From a virus (lineage: Duplodnaviria > Heunggongvirae > Uroviricota > Caudoviricetes), in the IMG/VR virus record IMGVR_UViG_3300044858_003749: a DNA stretch of 30,882 nt. One strand, 5' to 3'. The notes below the pieces were generated by a model. The model worked only from the letters and a program-made list of their open reading frames with translations. It ran no database searches and was not told where the DNA came from. Position 1 is the first letter of the stretch. Each line of letters opens with the position of its first letter. The translations under genes and the position numbers were made by a program. This document shows positions 1 through 7,800 of this stretch, one piece after another.

Positions 1-2
1 AT

Positions 3-155
3 TCTTTAGAGGAGGATATTTTAGAAAAGGAATTTCTAGAGTATCTTATTGGATTAGCTGAAGATGTTGAGAGTGGAGTTGTTGAAACTATTCCATGGTC
101 TGAGATGGATTATGATGAGTTAATTAATCCTATTGGAGATGAAAATCTTGATTGA
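3..155 (+). CDS. 3' end of a hypothetical protein truncated by the window edge (..SLEEDILEKEFLEYLIGLAEDVESGVVETIPW..ENLD*)
   Basis: Open frame from position 3 to TGA 153-155; acidic, protein-like; overlaps the next start. Confidence 0.55.
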   Translation, partial: SLEEDILEKEFLEYLIGLAEDVESGVVETIPWSEMDYDELINPIGDENLD

Positions 156-405
156 ATTTCATAATAATAGTAATGTATCAGAGAAGTGTAAAGTTTTAAT
201 TGATGAGTCAATAAATCCCGATTCTGAGCCCCTGGAGGACTTTATTGCTTTTTTAATGGAGAAGATGGTTGAAGGTTGGGAATATATTAATTTGTCTTGG
301 GGTTATGATAGTGCAGAATTAAGTCTTCAAAAATATAGAGACGAGACAGATCAAGAATACGCCATACGATTAAACAAGAATAAAAAGGTAAAAGCCGAGG
401 AATAA
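139..405 (+). CDS. hypothetical protein
   Basis: ORF track 133-405; ATG at 139 preferred; tight packing. Confidence 0.6.
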   Translation: MKILIEFHNNSNVSEKCKVLIDESINPDSEPLEDFIAFLMEKMVEGWEYINLSWGYDSAELSLQKYRDETDQEYAIRLNKNKKVKAEE

Positions 406-410
406 TTATT

Positions 411-1319
411 ATGGAAAACTCTATTAAGATTCAAGTTATTCATTTAACAGAAGAAGAGTGTTATCTAGTAAAATTAGGTAGCACTTTTAACCATTTTGAA
501 GTTTCCGGTCTAAGGCTCCATGGATATCAAGAATCTGTTACAGTAAAATCTCTAGATGAGATTAAGTGTTATCGCACCATTCCTAGTACCATAACCCACT
601 TTGAAAATAATGGGATGATAATGAGTAATAGTGATTACAAAAACTCAGTGGATGAACTTCTCTCTAAAGGAGAAGTTCAATTTGATGATTATGTTTTTGA
701 TAGTCTAGATGATGAGTATAGATACAAGAAATTTATTAGAGACTGGCGACCAGTTTATTCTGCATCTTATGAAGAACGCACACCATTAGAGTTTGTTATT
801 ACTGAGATTAGAACGAATTCTGGAGATCCTGATATTGTCTCATTGTGGAACTCACCAACTCTTAATGATAATAGGTTATATTCTTTTGATAGACGCAACT
901 TTTCCATTAAACATTTTAAGGAATTGTGTGAAGAAAAACAGTTAAATTACGATATTCCAAACCATGGTGGAATTTGTTATGCAAAAATTGAAATGGCTTA
1001 TATTTTTGATGATAGTGTTAATTATGATAGAAGTCCGACTTTTATTGGTACTCTAGAACAATGTAAAGAATGTAAAAATTCTCTTGCAAAATATATTGAG
1101 AATAAAGTTCTCTTATGTACTGCTAAAAACACTGAGCTTTTAAATTCAAAAGAAGTTCTAGGAAAAATCCAAAAGGTAACAGGAAATTTAGTGAAGGTAC
1201 AACCAGTTTCAAAATCAAGAGATTCGCTCAATACGGTTATTAGAGAACTTAATTCTTTAGCTGCTAAGATTGAAGCCGATATTATCAACAATGTAAAGGA
1301 AGAGGAAAACAAATCATGA
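411..1319 (+). CDS. hypothetical protein (302 aa)
   Basis: Long ORF in AT-rich DNA; stop overlaps next start (ATGA); no recognisable motif. Confidence 0.7.
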   Translation: MENSIKIQVIHLTEEECYLVKLGSTFNHFEVSGLRLHGYQESVTVKSLDEIKCYRTIPSTITHFENNGMIMSNSDYKNSVDELLSKGEVQFDDYVFDSLDDEYRYKKFIRDWRPVYSASYEERTPLEFVITEIRTNSGDPDIVSLWNSPTLNDNRLYSFDRRNFSIKHFKELCEEKQLNYDIPNHGGICYAKIEMAYIFDDSVNYDRSPTFIGTLEQCKECKNSLAKYIENKVLLCTAKNTELLNSKEVLGKIQKVTGNLVKVQPVSKSRDSLNTVIRELNSLAAKIEADIINNVKEEENKS

Positions 1320-1717
1320 TTATTGAACCCAAAACAAATATTAAAGTTAAAACCGCATTGGAATCAAATAATGTGGATCAAATAAGATCTCTTTTTGAAG
1401 AATCAAAAAACACGCAAATGAAAGTTTGTTACGAAAAAACAGAAACTATTTTTTCCGGTAAAGTTATTTTTACTGGTAAAGATTTAACTATAGAAGACAG
1501 ACGTAAAACATACGTTTTAAGGAATTTATGTAAAAATCTCCATACCCCGAAAGATATTTTAGAATCTTTGATTAAAATGGGTTATTGGTTAATGTATAAA
1601 GAATCTTTTTGCTCTGATGAGTTGAAAACCCAAATTGCGAGTTTATGGAATGACTCTAATAATATAGTAGGTGAGTATATCATCCCTCCAAATTTTAGAA
1701 CTATTGTTTGTAAGTAA
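1316..1717 (+). CDS. hypothetical protein
   Basis: ORF coupled to the upstream gene by a 4-nt overlap. Confidence 0.65.
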   Translation: MIIEPKTNIKVKTALESNNVDQIRSLFEESKNTQMKVCYEKTETIFSGKVIFTGKDLTIEDRRKTYVLRNLCKNLHTPKDILESLIKMGYWLMYKESFCSDELKTQIASLWNDSNNIVGEYIIPPNFRTIVCK

Positions 1718-1722
1718 TTATT

Positions 1723-2007
1723 ATGAACCAAGATAATAAAGATTGGGAAACTTCGCCAATAGGTAAAAATTGGTGGGTTAGAAAGTTTAGACGACATGCT
1801 AATTTAAGACTTGTCGCTCTTGAGTCCCAAATAAGTGGAATTATAAGGTCATTGGGTTTAGAAGAACCTGATGAAGATGAAATTGAAGTATCAATTTTAG
1901 AAAGGATTGATGCGTTGGAGGAAAGAATTAAAGAACTAGAAGACAACCCACAAACTGGCACAGGGCTTTTGACAAATCTTGATTTTTGTGCTATGATACT
2001 ATCATAA
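1723..2007 (+). CDS. hypothetical protein with C-terminal coiled-coil
   Basis: ILERIDALEERIKELED heptad pattern; 3' end runs through a promoter. Confidence 0.55.
   Translation: MNQDNKDWETSPIGKNWWVRKFRRHANLRLVALESQISGIIRSLGLEEPDEDEIEVSILERIDALEERIKELEDNPQTGTGLLTNLDFCAMILS
1942..1997 (+). promoter_or_regulatory. early (sigma70-like) promoter with upstream box
   Basis: GACA-N10-TGGCAC (1942-1961), TTGACA 1969-1974, 17-nt spacer, TGc-TATGAT 1989-1997. Confidence 0.7.
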
Positions 2008-2019
2008 CCAAATGAAATC

Positions 2020-2439
2020 ATGACAGACACTATTAAGCTATTTGAAACTTTAAGAGAACTTGTTGACGCTGTTGAGAGTTATAACAAAGACCCTTGGTAT
2101 GAAGATCGCATTACCGATGCCTTAGACCACGCTCACCACATCTTGGATAATAAAGAAGTCCAAGAATTACGAGAATTATGTGCTACGGCTTATCAGGTAG
2201 TTGGTGCCGCTTCCGGCCCGGTTGAATTATTGGATAATTTATCTGCCGCCAGTAATGGAGAATGCCTTCCACACAACACTTCTGCTGGATTACCATGGAC
2301 TGTAGAAGACTCAGAAAAAGAATGGAAAGTCTTAGAAGTTACATTAGAGAATCCCAATTTTGATTATTATTTGTACACGGCATATAATATTAAGCCCAGG
2401 AGAAAAAGATTGACGATAGTAAAAGAAACTTATTTATAA
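2020..2439 (+). CDS. hypothetical phage protein
   Basis: ORF directly downstream of the promoter. Confidence 0.65.
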   Translation: MTDTIKLFETLRELVDAVESYNKDPWYEDRITDALDHAHHILDNKEVQELRELCATAYQVVGAASGPVELLDNLSAASNGECLPHNTSAGLPWTVEDSEKEWKVLEVTLENPNFDYYLYTAYNIKPRRKRLTIVKETYL

Positions 2440-2447
2440 TATATCAC

Positions 2448-2591
2448 ATGAAAAAACATTATTTATTAATAGCAGGAGATCATTATTATCCTGATTCAGG
2501 AACATGAGATTGGATTGAGGGAAGAATCTATACAGCTACATTAAAAAATAACTTGAAAAATTATGCTAAAAATTTCAGGCGGAATTACTAA
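2448..2591 (+). pseudogene. possible interrupted small gene remnant (MKKHYLLIAGDHYYPDSGT*DWIE..)
   Basis: ATG 2448, in-frame TGA 2505-2507, frame stays open to TAA 2589-2591; resemblance to small phage proteins with a YYP.GT.DWI motif is from memory only. Confidence 0.3.
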
Positions 2592-2778
2592 ACATCTTTG
2601 TGATGGACATTCCCCATATTATGTTATTGAAGAATCTGACTTGTCTAACGAGGAATGGACTACCTTTAAATCGGAAGGTATCAAAAATCAATATAGCGAA
2701 AATATTTGTCCAGTATGCGGAGGATTACATCTCATGCAAGGTGATGGGGAAATTCTCTATGGACATTGCGATAAATAA
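2563..2778 (+). CDS. small Cys/His-containing hypothetical protein
   Basis: CPVCGGLH motif; ORF track. Confidence 0.55.
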   Translation: MLKISGGITKHLCDGHSPYYVIEESDLSNEEWTTFKSEGIKNQYSENICPVCGGLHLMQGDGEILYGHCDK

Positions 2779-2792
2779 AACACAAAAACATT

Positions 2793-3002
2793 ATGAAAAC
2801 ATTTTTAACTTGCTTGTTTCAAGGTCACGATTATGAGTTACTTTCTCATAAGTCTTTTGGTCCGAGGATGACAGAAATTAAAGCCGATAACGCGAATAGC
2901 TTGCCTTTTGCATTTCACGCAGGAGTCATAGGATATACTAAAACAGTTCAGATTTGTAAACGGTGTGGAAAAGTTAATATAACCCAAAGTTTAGGGGAAT
3001 AA
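2793..3002 (+). CDS. small hypothetical protein (CLFQGH..CKRCGK)
   Basis: ORF track; Cys/His pattern common in small phage proteins. Confidence 0.55.
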   Translation: MKTFLTCLFQGHDYELLSHKSFGPRMTEIKADNANSLPFAFHAGVIGYTKTVQICKRCGKVNITQSLGE

Positions 3003-3012
3003 CAAAAACATT

Positions 3013-3396
3013 ATGTCATTATTTTCAAATTTTACAATAGACGAAGATCTAGTTGAGATTTTCAAAGAACGAGGAATAGAACTACCAAGTTATAATATTC
3101 TTGAAGATGAAAGTGCAATAACTTTTGAAGAGAAAGATTCTATCAATAAAGATCTAGTTCCTATAAAAGAATATAAAATAACCATCAATAAAGAATCCGC
3201 AACAAATCACTATAGTCAGTGGCTTCCGATTTTTAGAGAGCACTACATGAAGCATCTTTCTCTATCAGAAGATTATTGTAAAACTCTTTTAGATGGATGT
3301 CTACTTCAGGGTATTGAAAGAAAATTTAAGGAAAACCTTCTTCGTGAGGTCATTCAAAAACAAGAAGATTATCGGAGAGAGGTACATGGCAATTAA
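3013..3396 (+). CDS. hypothetical protein
   Basis: ORF track; GGA SD-like motif upstream. Confidence 0.6.
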   Translation: MSLFSNFTIDEDLVEIFKERGIELPSYNILEDESAITFEEKDSINKDLVPIKEYKITINKESATNHYSQWLPIFREHYMKHLSLSEDYCKTLLDGCLLQGIERKFKENLLREVIQKQEDYRREVHGN

Positions 3397-3679
3397 TTTA
3401 CGCGATTATTATGAAAATAGATTTCAAGCCCAGTGTATTTTCTCCAATTATGAGACTGAAAGATATGAAAATTTTGGTGAAATCCTATACCATAAAACAG
3501 AAGATTTATCCCGAAATATGACTAGAAAAATCTTTGACACACACAAGATTGTTACAGAAGGATATGGTATTACTGTTTCTATGGATGTTTATGTTTTGAC
3601 GCCAGATCAGTTGTGTAATATTATCCAGGCCGCGATGGAAGAGGGTTCAAAATTTTACTTACCAAGAAATTTTTTATGA
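3386..3679 (+). CDS. hypothetical protein
   Basis: Start at ATG 3386 (MAINLRDY), overlapping the previous stop, preferred over 3293. Confidence 0.6.
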   Translation: MAINLRDYYENRFQAQCIFSNYETERYENFGEILYHKTEDLSRNMTRKIFDTHKIVTEGYGITVSMDVYVLTPDQLCNIIQAAMEEGSKFYLPRNFL

Positions 3680-3750
3680 TTGCAATAGTGTTGTTCTTTT
3701 TGATTTTTCCTATTGTTCTTTTTATATTATCACTGATTCACGAGAAGTAA
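3676..3750 (+). CDS. possible 24-aa single-TM peptide (MIAIVLFFLIFPIVLFILSLIHEK)
   Basis: Fills the gap between neighbours exactly, with an ATGA overlap; hydrophobic. Confidence 0.35.
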   Translation: MIAIVLFFLIFPIVLFILSLIHEK

Positions 3751-3753
3751 GTT

Positions 3754-4059
3754 ATGGTTTATCAACGTTTACAAACAGATCAAATTGCACTATTTTTTGC
3801 TGAGGATTCGGAAGGTAGAATTCATAAGTATGAATATCTTAAATATAAAAACTCTGTTGATGATGGGTTTGTTTATCAGGGATTTCTTCTAGATGAAGAC
3901 GCAGTTTATTCTAATATTAATTCATTTTTAACCGAATTCAATATTATTGAATTGACTGAAAATGCCCAGATTATTAAAAATATTAACACTCTAGGTAAGC
4001 TTTGTATTTTGTCTAAGAAAAAACCAGAAAAGCCCGTTTACACACCACAAGCAGTATAA
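3754..4059 (+). CDS. hypothetical protein
   Basis: ORF track. Confidence 0.55.
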   Translation: MVYQRLQTDQIALFFAEDSEGRIHKYEYLKYKNSVDDGFVYQGFLLDEDAVYSNINSFLTEFNIIELTENAQIIKNINTLGKLCILSKKKPEKPVYTPQAV

Positions 4060-4071
4060 CATCAATTAATT

Positions 4072-4206
4072 ATGGATGACGACATGTGCCCAAATTGTAT
4101 AACACCCTGGAAATGTAATGGCCCACATATACCCTACGGTAGTGTTTGGCGAAAATTTCCAAGACTTTATAGCATCCTTTATCGTTTAGGTGTTTTCAAT
4201 GGCTAA
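4072..4206 (+). CDS. small hypothetical protein, 44 aa (CPNCITPWKCNGPH)
   Basis: Read by eye; below the ORF-track cutoff; CxxC..C..H metal-binding-like motif; overlaps the next start. Confidence 0.5.
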   Translation: MDDDMCPNCITPWKCNGPHIPYGSVWRKFPRLYSILYRLGVFNG

Positions 4207-4459
4207 ATTTATTGTTGATCTTCAATACTTTAAGCCAACGGGAAAATTTTATACTGAGGGTAAGATTGAAGTTCCTGAAACGTGGCAGATGTATCAAATT
4301 GCTGATCATGTTGAGAATTTGAGAAATTCTGGAGAACTTCCAGGGTTAATAAAAGGAACAAATCATAATTTCTATAGTGTTTACATCAATGCTGAAAATC
4401 ATCCAAATGGGTATCCGGTTTTAATTAATTCAACACAAGATAAAAACTATGGGAAATGA
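4199..4459 (+). CDS. hypothetical protein
   Basis: ATG 4199 (MAKFIVDLQYFKPTGKFY). Confidence 0.6.
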   Translation: MAKFIVDLQYFKPTGKFYTEGKIEVPETWQMYQIADHVENLRNSGELPGLIKGTNHNFYSVYINAENHPNGYPVLINSTQDKNYGK

Positions 4460-4462
4460 AAC

Positions 4463-4687
4463 ATGAAAGTACAAATTAACAAAGACTACAAAGATGAATT
4501 AACATCCGTTGATTTTATTGCATCTGATGGTAAAATATCCTTTAGTGTTGATATCATTGATGACGTTGAGATTGAGGTTAGATCTACGGACTATGTAAGA
4601 TACAAAGATACTCTCTATGATAAGAAACTAAATATCCAACCGATGTCGGCAAACTCTGTTGTTATTAATAAACCGCAGTATGAATAG
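4463..4687 (+). CDS. hypothetical protein
   Basis: ORF track. Confidence 0.6.
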   Translation: MKVQINKDYKDELTSVDFIASDGKISFSVDIIDDVEIEVRSTDYVRYKDTLYDKKLNIQPMSANSVVINKPQYE

Positions 4688-4711
4688 AGTTGTTATCAAT
4701 AATCTTTCATT

Positions 4712-4945
4712 GTGTCAATCCAAAATAAGAAAAAATTAATGAACATAAAAAACGCTGGAATGTATAAGAGACCAATGAATTTCTTTGAGAAAATTATTGT
4801 TGGGTGGCAACAGGTTCGTGATAATCGTTGGGAGTGGTATTATCACCTAACCGAGGCCGATGAGAAAATGTATCACGAATTTTGGTGGTATTTAAATATG
4901 GATTTTGTTCAATACGTTGAAGAATTTTATTATAATGGAAACTAA
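4712..4945 (+). CDS. hypothetical protein (start uncertain: GTG 4712 or ATG 4739)
   Basis: ORF track; aromatic-rich. Confidence 0.5.
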   Translation: MSIQNKKKLMNIKNAGMYKRPMNFFEKIIVGWQQVRDNRWEWYYHLTEADEKMYHEFWWYLNMDFVQYVEEFYYNGN

Positions 4946-4957
4946 CCGAATTAAACA

Positions 4958-5013
4958 GACAATCTAAAAACTGTCCACTTCAACCCACCCACAATCTAAC
5001 TTCATGTTATGCT
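4958..5013 (+). promoter_or_regulatory. early promoter with upstream box, extended -10, no clear -35
   Basis: GACA-N10-TGTCCAC (4958-4978); TGt-TATGCT 5005-5013. Confidence 0.6.
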
Positions 5014-5037
5014 TATCAAGCAATCAGGAAATCAACT

Positions 5038-5169
5038 ATGAACGCAATCAAAGATAAACTACCAATCGTATTTCTTCTCGCAGCACTTTTTACTGGATCT
5101 TTTATCGTCCATACTTCTCTTTATTGTCACAATACTCCAGAGAAGTGTAACGTGGAGAATCTGCTATGA
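5038..5169 (+). CDS. 43-aa membrane-anchored hypothetical protein
   Basis: AGGA SD upstream; hydrophobic LPIVFLLAALFTGSFIV; ATGA overlap with the next gene. Confidence 0.5.
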   Translation: MNAIKDKLPIVFLLAALFTGSFIVHTSLYCHNTPEKCNVENLL

Positions 5170-5621
5170 GTCGCTGTGAATATTATGATTGTGGGTGGTG
5201 TTACGCCCCTGATAATGTCATGAGTAATAACACCAATGGAGCCTGTTATCGGCCACAGGAATGCCCTCAGATGACTAAAGAACATCAAAAACCAGATTGT
5301 CCCAAACCACAGATAATCAAAGAGGACGTATTACCTGAAAAAACTCCTGATCTTTTTTTGGAAGATTATAGAATCAAAAAGGTTGTTAAGAACGGTGAAA
5401 CTAAATTCTATCCCCAGAGAATGGGATTCTTTAGATGGCGAAATTTTCTGCCTTTGGGCTATTCTTTTTTTCGCACTTATCATGAGGCTAACAAATACCT
5501 TTGTTATCATATCATGCAAGAGTCTGAACGTTCTGTGGAATACTTTAATCCCGATTTTAGCTTTATTAAAAAAGAACCCAATCCTCAACCAAAAATCCCT
5601 GATGGAAGAGCTAAATTCTAA
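5166..5621 (+). CDS. hypothetical protein with Cys-rich N-terminus
   Basis: CEYYDCGWCY..CYRPQEC; ORF track. Confidence 0.6.
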   Translation: MSRCEYYDCGWCYAPDNVMSNNTNGACYRPQECPQMTKEHQKPDCPKPQIIKEDVLPEKTPDLFLEDYRIKKVVKNGETKFYPQRMGFFRWRNFLPLGYSFFRTYHEANKYLCYHIMQESERSVEYFNPDFSFIKKEPNPQPKIPDGRAKF

Positions 5622-6189
5622 CACCCCACTGGAAACCTTAGAACGTCTGGCTAATGATGAGGATTGGTATGTTCGCAGTCGGGTTGCACAAAATCCCAAC
5701 ATACCACCAGAAACCTTAGATCGTCTGGCTAATGATGATTATATTGATGTTCGTCGTCGGGTTGCAGAAAATCCCAACACACTACCAGAAACCTTAGATC
5801 GTCTGGCTAACGATGTTTATCGGTGGGTTCGTGAGAATGTTGCAGAAAATCCCAACACATCTCCAGAAACATTAAAACGTCTGGCTAATGATAAGAGTTA
5901 TTATGTTCGTTCTGGGGTTGCAAGAAATCCCAACACACCAACAGAAACCTTAGAAAGTCTGGCGTATGATGAGTCTTGGGTTGTTCGTGTGAATGTTGCA
6001 AATAATCCCAACACATCAACAGAAACATTAGAACGTCTGGCTAATGATGAGGATTATTGGGTTCGTGTGAATGTTGCATGTAATCCTATCATCCCACAAT
6101 ACATCAAAGATTATCTTAAAATTAAGGAGTTTCTGAAATCATATAATATAAAGCTTAAAACAATTTTAGTAAAAAGTATTAAATATTAA
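5602..6189 (+). CDS. LRV/HEAT-like repeat protein A (6 x 26-aa repeats plus C-cap)
   Basis: NPNTPPETLERLANDxxxxVRxxVAx units at 78-bp period (e.g. 5692 and 5770); C-cap PQYIKDYLKIKEFL; ATG 5602 preferred over 5383. Confidence 0.85.
   Translation: MEELNSNTPLETLERLANDEDWYVRSRVAQNPNIPPETLDRLANDDYIDVRRRVAENPNTLPETLDRLANDVYRWVRENVAENPNTSPETLKRLANDKSYYVRSGVARNPNTPTETLESLAYDESWVVRVNVANNPNTSTETLERLANDEDYWVRVNVACNPIIPQYIKDYLKIKEFLKSYNIKLKTILVKSIKY
6179..6185 (+). promoter_or_regulatory. putative T4-type late promoter (TTAAATA)
   Basis: TAAATA core about 20 nt upstream of ORF 6207. Confidence 0.45.
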
Positions 6190-6206
6190 TAATAACAATT
6201 TTCAAG

Positions 6207-6419
6207 ATGAAATCATTCATTCAATTTTTAGCAGAAGCAAAAAAGCGACAAGAAATTCTTAAAAAAGTTAAGAAGAGCGTTAAGAAGGATAGAACTCCAG
6301 ATATCGTTAGCATTGATATTGGTTCAAAACCTAATTCACCAGAACGGCAAGCTGAGATTGAATATATGATGAAGCATCACGGAGTTAGAGCACTCAAGCA
6401 ACAGTTAAAACAACGATAA
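6207..6419 (+). CDS. small basic protein, candidate capsid internal protein
   Basis: N-terminus MKSFIQFLAE-A resembles the T4 internal-protein capsid targeting sequence (MKTYQEFIAE) and the gp21 cleavage motif L/I-x-E. Confidence 0.6.
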   Translation: MKSFIQFLAEAKKRQEILKKVKKSVKKDRTPDIVSIDIGSKPNSPERQAEIEYMMKHHGVRALKQQLKQR

Positions 6420-6434
6420 TTTAAATTTTTTATT

Positions 6435-7028
6435 ATGAGAGAACAACACTACCTTGCACTGGATCTTGAATATAACAGTGATGGTAACTCAACGAGTGAT
6501 ATTATTCAAGTTGGATTAGCTGTTGGTTCACCACAACATGGTGTACAGTTTAAACAATCTTTTCTGGTTAAACCCACAATTAAAAATGTAATTCTTCACC
6601 CATTCATAACAGAGCTAACTGGAATAACCCAAGAAGAATACGATGAAAAAGCTGTTTGTTGGAATGTCGTTGTAGATTACATCAGTAAACTACACGAGTC
6701 TTATAATCTTTTTGTTAATCCCGTAGTTTGGGGTTTAACAGACTCTATAGATCTTATAGAAACCGTCAAAGAAGAAGAACTTGATTTTCCGTTCTTTGGT
6801 AGAAGAATTATTGATGTAAAACATCTTTTCCTCTTTATTGAGGCAGCCAAAGGTAGATCTATGTCTGGTGGTCTAAGAACCGCTATGGGTAAGCATAAAA
6901 TGCAATTCACCGGAACACCACACAGAGCAGATGATGACGCATTTAACACTCTTAGATTCTTTTTCTTTCTACTAAAAAGACAGAATATTCTAGAAGACAG
7001 TGTAAATCGGTTAAAAACGTTAACGTAA
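6435..7028 (+). CDS. DEDDh (DnaQ-like) 3'-5' exonuclease
   Basis: ExoI LALDLEYN, FITELTGIT, IIDVK, ExoIII HRADDDAFNT. Confidence 0.85.
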   Translation: MREQHYLALDLEYNSDGNSTSDIIQVGLAVGSPQHGVQFKQSFLVKPTIKNVILHPFITELTGITQEEYDEKAVCWNVVVDYISKLHESYNLFVNPVVWGLTDSIDLIETVKEEELDFPFFGRRIIDVKHLFLFIEAAKGRSMSGGLRTAMGKHKMQFTGTPHRADDDAFNTLRFFFFLLKRQNILEDSVNRLKTLT

Positions 7029-7032
7029 TATT

Positions 7033-7713
7033 ATGAGAAAATTTATTCAAATTAACGATAACAATTTGGTTATCATATCACTCTACCAAAATAAAGATAA
7101 TTTTGGTGTAAGCTTAAACATTGAATCTGATTGTGAGAAAACGATAAGCCTAGGCTTAAGGGTTCCATTCTTATTTTGCTTTTATTTCACGCTTAATTCA
7201 GCATTTTTAGCTAAACAAAAATTCTGGAAAAGTTTTATCAATACTGATTATGGACCTAGACTCAACTACTTAGATATTTTTAGAGATAATGACAGCGTTG
7301 ATGGTGGATACAATATCTCTGTAGGATTGTGGTCCACATATGAGTCTTCTAATACATTCTTTAGTTGGTTTGCTAATACCAATAGTATTATTTTCGGTGA
7401 CTATAATCTTATTATAGAAACTAAAAATATTTGGAATGAACGTGTTTTTATTCCTGGTGTTGGTAAATATGATGGAGATTATTATGATCTTATCGTAAAG
7501 GACGAACTTTATTCGTATAAATGGAAACGGTTTAATCGTTTTATGGTCTACAACCGCTTCAGTGTTGATTGTGAAAAAGGTGTTCCAAATAGAGTCAAAT
7601 GGGGAAGACAAGATCGCTCTTTTGGTCTTACTTTAGCTGGTAATTCTTGCTCATCAAAAGATGTGGCTATTCAAAAGTTTATTGAAGATATTCAAGAAAC
7701 AAGACTTAAATAA
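7033..7713 (+). CDS. hypothetical protein (226 aa)
   Basis: ORF track. Confidence 0.65.
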   Translation: MRKFIQINDNNLVIISLYQNKDNFGVSLNIESDCEKTISLGLRVPFLFCFYFTLNSAFLAKQKFWKSFINTDYGPRLNYLDIFRDNDSVDGGYNISVGLWSTYESSNTFFSWFANTNSIIFGDYNLIIETKNIWNERVFIPGVGKYDGDYYDLIVKDELYSYKWKRFNRFMVYNRFSVDCEKGVPNRVKWGRQDRSFGLTLAGNSCSSKDVAIQKFIEDIQETRLK

Positions 7714-7724
7714 AAACATCAATA

Positions 7725-7779
7725 GACACCTATCAACTGTCCACTGACAACCCGCTGATCACCGTCTCCGTGTTATCGT
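7725..7779 (+). promoter_or_regulatory. early promoter with upstream box
   Basis: GACA-N9-TGTCCAC (7725-7744); TGt-TATCGT 7771-7779. Confidence 0.55.
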
Positions 7780-7800
7780 AATTATAGTTTCGTAAAAAAC

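Noticed and set aside
5383-5601. Long N-terminal extension of LRV gene A from 5383
   Set aside because: It overlaps ORF 5166-5621 by more than 200 nt and reads like an off-frame translation; ATG 5602 is more plausible.
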